Part shown: positions 58,133 through 64,000 of the stretch, one piece after another
Numbering within the stretch: position 1 is the first letter of the stretch
How the letters are laid out: the number at the start of each line of letters is the position of its first letter
DNA from: Octopus vulgaris
Lineage: Eukaryota
DNA: 64,000 nt
Reading direction: 5' to 3'
NCBI GenBank assembly: GCA_951406725.2
Contig: OX597820.1
Coordinates: 77,624,001 to 77,688,000, forward strand
The notes under the pieces: generated by a model
Database searches by the model: none
The model's input: only the letters and a program-made list of their open reading frames with translations
What the model was told of the DNA's origin: nothing
Translations under genes and position numbers: made by a program

Positions 58133-59159
58133 ATATTGAAGACGTATTTACATTCCCAATCACGCACACTCAAACACACTCACATATATACAGTCACACG
58201 CACATATATACATACACACATCACACACATAAGGATATATACAATTGCACATATAATCATACACACAGAATGCTTCAAATATACTTATATGTGTGTGTGT
58301 GTGTGTGTGCGTATGCTTGTGTGCGTGTAAACTCATATATGTACATGAACACAGCACGTAATCACATATATACGTATACATATATACACAGATGTGTTTG
58401 TATATGTGTTTGTTCATTGTGTGTATGAATGTGTGTGTGTGTGTGTGTTCATTGTGTGTGTGTGTGTGTTCATGTGTATGGAAGCACTGTATCTCAGTTA
58501 AACTACGTAAATAGCTATTTTGCTCCGCTGTTACCTAAAGCACTCCATTCAATAAATGGCAACGGAGGCAACTGTCTGATGTCAATGTAATTACTTCCCA
58601 TTCTGTAGAGAATACGACTGATTGCTAAATCTATTGTCGGTTGTTTGCCAGTTTTATTTTATGTGCACATTTTATCGATAGTAATCATATCTACCTGATT
58701 ATGCAATTTGATAAATTAGATGGCGCTGTTTGAGGTATTGCCTTGTTTTTAGTCTTGTATTAGTACATATGCTATGTTGCTCATGTTCTTGTTGTCAATA
58801 CTACAGCCAGGAAATGAGTTGATGGTCGCGCCACCTACTAAATATAAGGTTGACAATGGTATTACTTATATACCACTATAACGATGTACTACATTCTTAT
58901 ATAAGTATTACCTGAAAATGAATGTGATTTTTCAAATGTGTCGGTTCCATCCCATCTTTTCTGGGGGAAACCAGCAAACAATTGCGTAGGATGCATCAAA
59001 CCATGGATGAGTATGAAATCAGTTACCCTGGCAACCATACCGCTTTGCGTTTAGACCGAAATAAGCAGCATATTGGGCAATTAAATTCTGCCGTAATTTC
59101 AGTTTCACCAAGAAATTCTAATTGAACTTTGATGTGTGTGTGTGTGTGTGTGTGTGTAT

Positions 59160-59500
59160 TCTTTTATACTTTTATTTCTTTTGTCATTTGACTTTGCCAT
59201 GCATTTAGTCGACCAAATCGACCCCAGAGGGACGTAAACACACCAGCATCTGTTGTCAAGTAACGTTGTGCGGACAAACGTAGACACACAAACATATACA
59301 CACACATGCATACATACATACATACATGTATGTATAAGAGGGTCTACTTTCCGTTTCCATGTGCCAAATCCACTCACAAGCCTTTGGGCGGCCCGGGGCC
59401 ATATTAGAAGACACTTGCGCAGGGCTCCACGTAGTAGGGTTGAACACGAAACCATGTCGTTGGTAAGCGAGCTACTTACCACACAGCCACTCCTGCGCCT
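59160..59500 (-). mobile_element. Family 1 SINE
   Basis: accacacagccactcctgcgcc (reverse complement of the head) at ~59478-59499. Confidence 0.8.
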
Positions 59501-59609
59501 ATACGTATGTAAATATCTATGTTTGTATATATATATATATATATATATATAATCATACATACATACATACATACATACATAAATACATACATACATATAT
59601 ACATACATA

Positions 59610-60168
59610 TTTATTGAAGTATAAAATGTTATATATTTATTACGGCTGATCTTACCAATCTGTTTAACACTAGGATTCAACGGAGTGTAACAGTATGAGC
59701 CTGCGCTCATCAGATGTTAATGTACACATCCTGTTTGTGGTTGCTGTGAAAAAGATGATGAAGCATCGTCTCTGGAGGCGCTTTTGTTGCCAGTGGGCAA
59801 AATTTGTCTGGAAAATGTTTTGTAAGAAATGTGTGTCTTTAAGGGTTGTGCACCTGTGGAAACGGAATGTATGCAGTGGTACCATATGTATAGCTTTTGT
59901 GGGATGGGGCCATACACATCAGTGCTCGTTAATTTGTTACCTTTCTGTTATGTATTGGTTAATTTTGTGCGGCATTTATGTGTGCATGTTTTTGTGTGTA
60001 GCGGTACAATGTGTAGAAGTTTATATAGGAGGAATTGGGAAATTGTGAATGTCCGCCGTGATGGGATGGGCGAGTTTGTTTTTGTCGAATTAGTGTATGT
60101 TCTGGTCACACTCTTTACTGGACTGGTGGGCAGACTAAGCTGCCCTAACCACTGGGCCATTGCGCCTC
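59610..60168 (-). mobile_element. pLTR-like fragment with degenerate hammerhead, fused to a tRNA-SINE head
   Basis: Minus: gaggcgcaatggcccagtggttagggcagc head, then CTGATGA-gcgcagg...cctagtgt-tAAA-cagattgg-TA-agat (59649-59715). Confidence 0.5.
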
Positions 60169-60189
60169 ATATAAATATATGTATGTATG

Positions 60190-60233
<44 letters not shown>

Positions 60234-60899
60234 CATCCTCATGCATATGTACACACGGTCTAGTAAACATGCATATACTCGTGCACGTAGGTTCGCACAC
60301 GTAGAACATGAACCCGTGTATGCATCAGAAACTGTACATCAACGCACTCATACAGCTGGTATACACACATTCTTGCTGGCTATGTATTCAATGTCACTCA
60401 AGTCTCTTCAAATAGCAGCCTGATAGCCAGTTACACCCAGCCTCGTGTCTAGCCAAACAGGCCAAGGAACCCCTGTTTTTAATGAATATGGTATCGCTGA
60501 AATTTCGATTCCACTTCTAATGACACCATGTCAGCCACCTTGACCAGCAGCAACCCAGTTTCAAGCAGTCATCGTGGACTTCTTGCACATCTGCATTCGG
60601 TTACCAGAGTCCGAGAAGCTACGTTTCTATGAGATTTCACGTTGCAGTTCTCCATTGCCTTTTTGCTAAATTTTCATTACGTTTTCAATGTATTCGTACA
60701 TGTTCATGAGCTTGTGTGAATATATATGTAAGGGCTTCTGTAAATTCATGGGTATACATTATAACGTTTAGAGATTTATATGAAAGCAAATATAACTTAA
60801 GAATAAAGGAGACTTTTCATACACATCGATGTATACAGGTAAAAGTATAAGAAACATCACCGAAAACCATATATAAAACCGTTTACCAACCCAACTATT

Positions 60900-60969
60900 T
60901 CCCAGACCATGGTTTCTAACTATTTCCAGCAAAAAAATATTCGCTGAAGGCCAATTTTCATCAGTGGGA
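60900..60969 (-). ncRNA. Type I hammerhead ribozyme, intact core
   Basis: tccca-CTGATGA-aaattgg..cagcgaa..ttgctg..tagtta-GAAA-ccatgg-TC-tggga; predicted cleavage between 60905 and 60904. Confidence 0.85.
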
Positions 60970-61057
60970 TAGCCTTTAGATTTCAGACATACAGACAGCC
61001 AGATCCACATGTAGAACTAACTGGTAATAATAATTTATTATTACCCTATGTATTATG

Positions 61058-61118
<61 letters not shown>

Positions 61119-61753
61119 TTGCATGATATAAATTAAATTGATATTAGCTGCTTTGGCGTTGCTCTTGTGCTTCTTGTTCAATTAGTTATCAGAGAAAATT
61201 CCGTGTATCAAAGCCATCTTTTCTGACCTTGCTAAAATACTGTATCAAATTCGACAACATTGTCTGTTGACGGCTCAAAAACTCCAGGTTTTGTAACGTT
61301 GTATGTAATAAATAAGTAAAAAGTTAACATTAACATTTTCCCTTGAATAGATAATTCATGCTTCAGCTATGAATATGAAATATTATAAGAAATATTCTAT
61401 TATCAAATAAAATCAATAATCATTGAAGTGATATATATTAACAACCTAGTTGGTACGGTATAAGAAGGAAAATGTGTCTGCCTGGTATAGAATAACATGT
61501 GTGTTTGTGTTTCCTTATTTCTCTCATGTGAACATTTAGATAAATCGAGCGCAAATGATGTTATTAGCTAATATCGCGTATTATATTTCTTTTGAAGCAG
61601 AACTTAGGCAATTTCATGAGTTTAAATAACGCTAATGAAAATAATGTTTCCTTTCATAAACTGTTAAATACTCATTATGTTAGTACGTATATACACACAT
61701 GTACGCCTATATTAAATAAATGTTTATGTGCACCAGTATAAAGGGAGCTTCAT

Positions 61754-61845
<92 letters not shown>

Positions 61846-61865
61846 CATATGTGTGTGTGTGTGTG

Positions 61866-62296
61866 TGTGTCAGCATCATGATCGTAAGATTGTGGTTTCC
61901 GTTCCTGGACCGGGCGACGCGTTGTGTTCTTGAGCAAAACACTTCATTTCATGAGTAACGCTGCGATGGACTGGTGGCGCATTTATTATGTGGGGGTGCA
62001 ATGGCCCAGTGGTTAAGGCAGCACACTCGCGGTCGAGGGATCGCCGCTTCGATTCCCAGACCGGGTGTTTTGTATGTTTATTGAGCGAAAACATCTTAAA
62101 GCTCCAGGAGGCTCCGACAAGGGGTGGTGCCGAAACTGTTGTACTCTTTCGCCACAACTTTCTCTCAGTCTCTCTTGCTGTTTCTTGAGTAATGCTGCAA
62201 TGGACTGGCGTCTCATCCAGCTGGGGGAAATACATACGCCACGGAAACCGGGAAACCGGGCCCATGAGCCTGGTTAGGCTTGAAAAGGGCGACGTT
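61866..62296 (+). mobile_element. Family 3 SINE fragment followed by a related full-length tRNA-derived SINE
   Basis: Matches 36415-36553; second head tggcccagtggttaag...ttcgattccc; shared tail gggcccatgagcctgg. Confidence 0.8.
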
Positions 62297-63439
62297 TTTT
62301 TAATCAATTTTTACGTAAATATATACGCATATGTGTATATCATATCTATGTGTACATAAATATTTATATGTATATATGTATATATGCGTACACATTTACG
62401 TATGTATACATGTATATAAATGTGTGTGTGTGCTTGCGTGAGTGTGTGCGTGTGTTTGTACGCGTGTGCGTGTGTGTTTGCACACACATACATTCAAAGA
62501 GGTTTGCGGCCTCCTTGTTCTTCATCGTTGTCAATAGCATTCCTGATTGTCCATGCCTCACTTCTGCCGTTGTGGATCTGCATTGTTTGAAGCAATGGGC
62601 GAAAGTTGCAAGTTACCGTCCACTTTCCCTTGGTTAAGTCTGCATACGCTACCCTCATCTTTCGCCATAGCACTTTCAGAAACTGGAATGGCAAAGGATG
62701 TCACCATGATCAGACGTTTTCATGTCATTAGCTTATAGTGATAAGCCCTTGTAGAACACGAGTCCTGCTCTCCGAGTCCCTGTTATTAGTAACTATTGGT
62801 ATGCGGAAGTTATATGGCTAGTAATCACGTGAAATCACAGAGTTTACATCCGCTTAGGCGAAAAATAAGAATTGGAAGTTAAGTAGAGTAGGTGAAAAAC
62901 AGGTGAAATTACGTAGATATGAAAGTCACTTTGTTTATGCGGTTGAGTTTTTGCTTATATTATTTCATAACATTGGCCTCTTTTATTCGTAAGTTGCCAG
63001 TGTTCTGTAGAGTAGTTTTCGAGAACGAATTAAAAGTGTATGATAACATGTAAAATGCAATGTTAAGCTTGATAATGAAATGTTTCAGAATGCAAAAAAA
63101 GCCGAGTTTTAATCGACTACTAAATTGTGATGACGTTTATGGGCATAAATTGAAAATAATGTAAAATTTATTATATCATTTGATCGACGATCTCTTTTGC
63201 CCTAACGGTTGTCTTGTTAAACGCGGGAAAAAAAACTTCATTTATAATTTAAGTGAACGTGAATGCCAAGTAGAATTTAATCAACCGAAAAACAGCACAC
63301 AACTACATTAGCTCTTTAAAGGAAAAGACGTTGTCACCACTCAAGAAATTACTGTAACGTTGACTCATTTAACGTAGTTGAGTTCCACACATGTTGCTTT
63401 GAGTGAGGTCTCATTGTGGTTATTTTGTAGTAATAATAA

Positions 63440-64000
63440 CACTGGTCAACAAAATTATACTTTTTTAATCATCAGAGATACTGATTGACTTTTCTAGGTT
63501 AATGTTTGATGCTGGTTACGAATCTGAAGTCCGATTTCCGCTATCAGGTCACATTTTCATGTTAATGATACCTGCTCTTTTAACTTATAGGATACGTAAA
63601 GCATATCTATATAAAGTATATTGAATATAAGATACGATAATTTCATGGCATTTTATTGTACAAAATTAGAATTATTGTGTACACATAAGTTAGAATACAC
63701 TCGAATGCATAACAATTTAAAATCTTTTGACTTTCTATGGTGTTTTGTCTCACGTTCATCCCTGTATAACATCCAACAGTAGTTAGGTAACATTCCTGCA
63801 TTCCAAAATCCTTGATATCGTTGTTCCATCGATGCAGTATCCTGATGAAGGCGTTCCCTTGCTCATCAGTCACTGCTCCAAGATTCCCAAGGAAATGGAC
63901 TCTTAGTGACATCCGGCAGCCCATTGCAGCGTAGGAGTCTTAAAGACATGTCACTCCATTTCTAAATTCTAGAGATCTCTTGTTGCCTAGGAAATTTCCA
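63440..64000 (-). mobile_element. Chapaev3-like (CMC) DNA transposon 3' part, degenerate
   Basis: GCRMSL.VHFL..NLGAVTDEQG(ER)FHQD...RYQGFWN..ML..YCW; terminus cactggtcaac at 63440. Confidence 0.75.

Noticed and set aside
57519-58179. Long F/S/L or R/E-rich ORFs
   Set aside because: Products of the polypurine repeat
61992-62065. tRNA gene
   Set aside because: tRNA-like head continues into a SINE body and tail; cloverleaf imperfect

Overview
AT-rich, microsatellite-saturated eukaryotic (metazoan) DNA. The SINE families look like those of octopus/cephalopod genomes, which is an inference from recalled motifs. No intact protein-coding gene is visible, and nearly all ORFs in the track are microsatellite artefacts. 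The window contains: decayed Penelope-like retroelements (PLE; RT + GIY-YIG); a cluster of R4/Dong-type RLE retrotransposons inserted in (TAA)n; mariner/Tc1, Chapaev3-like, Mag-like gypsy, CR1-like and Tx1-like remnants; MITEs; and several tRNA-derived SINE families. Three signals stand out. (1) About 12 type-I hammerhead ribozyme motifs: 4 have intact cores (22621+, 55615-, 56399+, 60900-), all 4 with self-complementary stem III, and several lie in short ORF-less elements embedded in (TA)n/(TAA)n. (2) Head-to-tail SINE concatemers reuse one junction at two loci, compatible with a circular intermediate. (3) Phase-compatible, stop-containing exon sets resemble a decayed tandem cluster of claudin/PMP22-like tetraspan genes. 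All alignments were done by eye and element boundaries are approximate.
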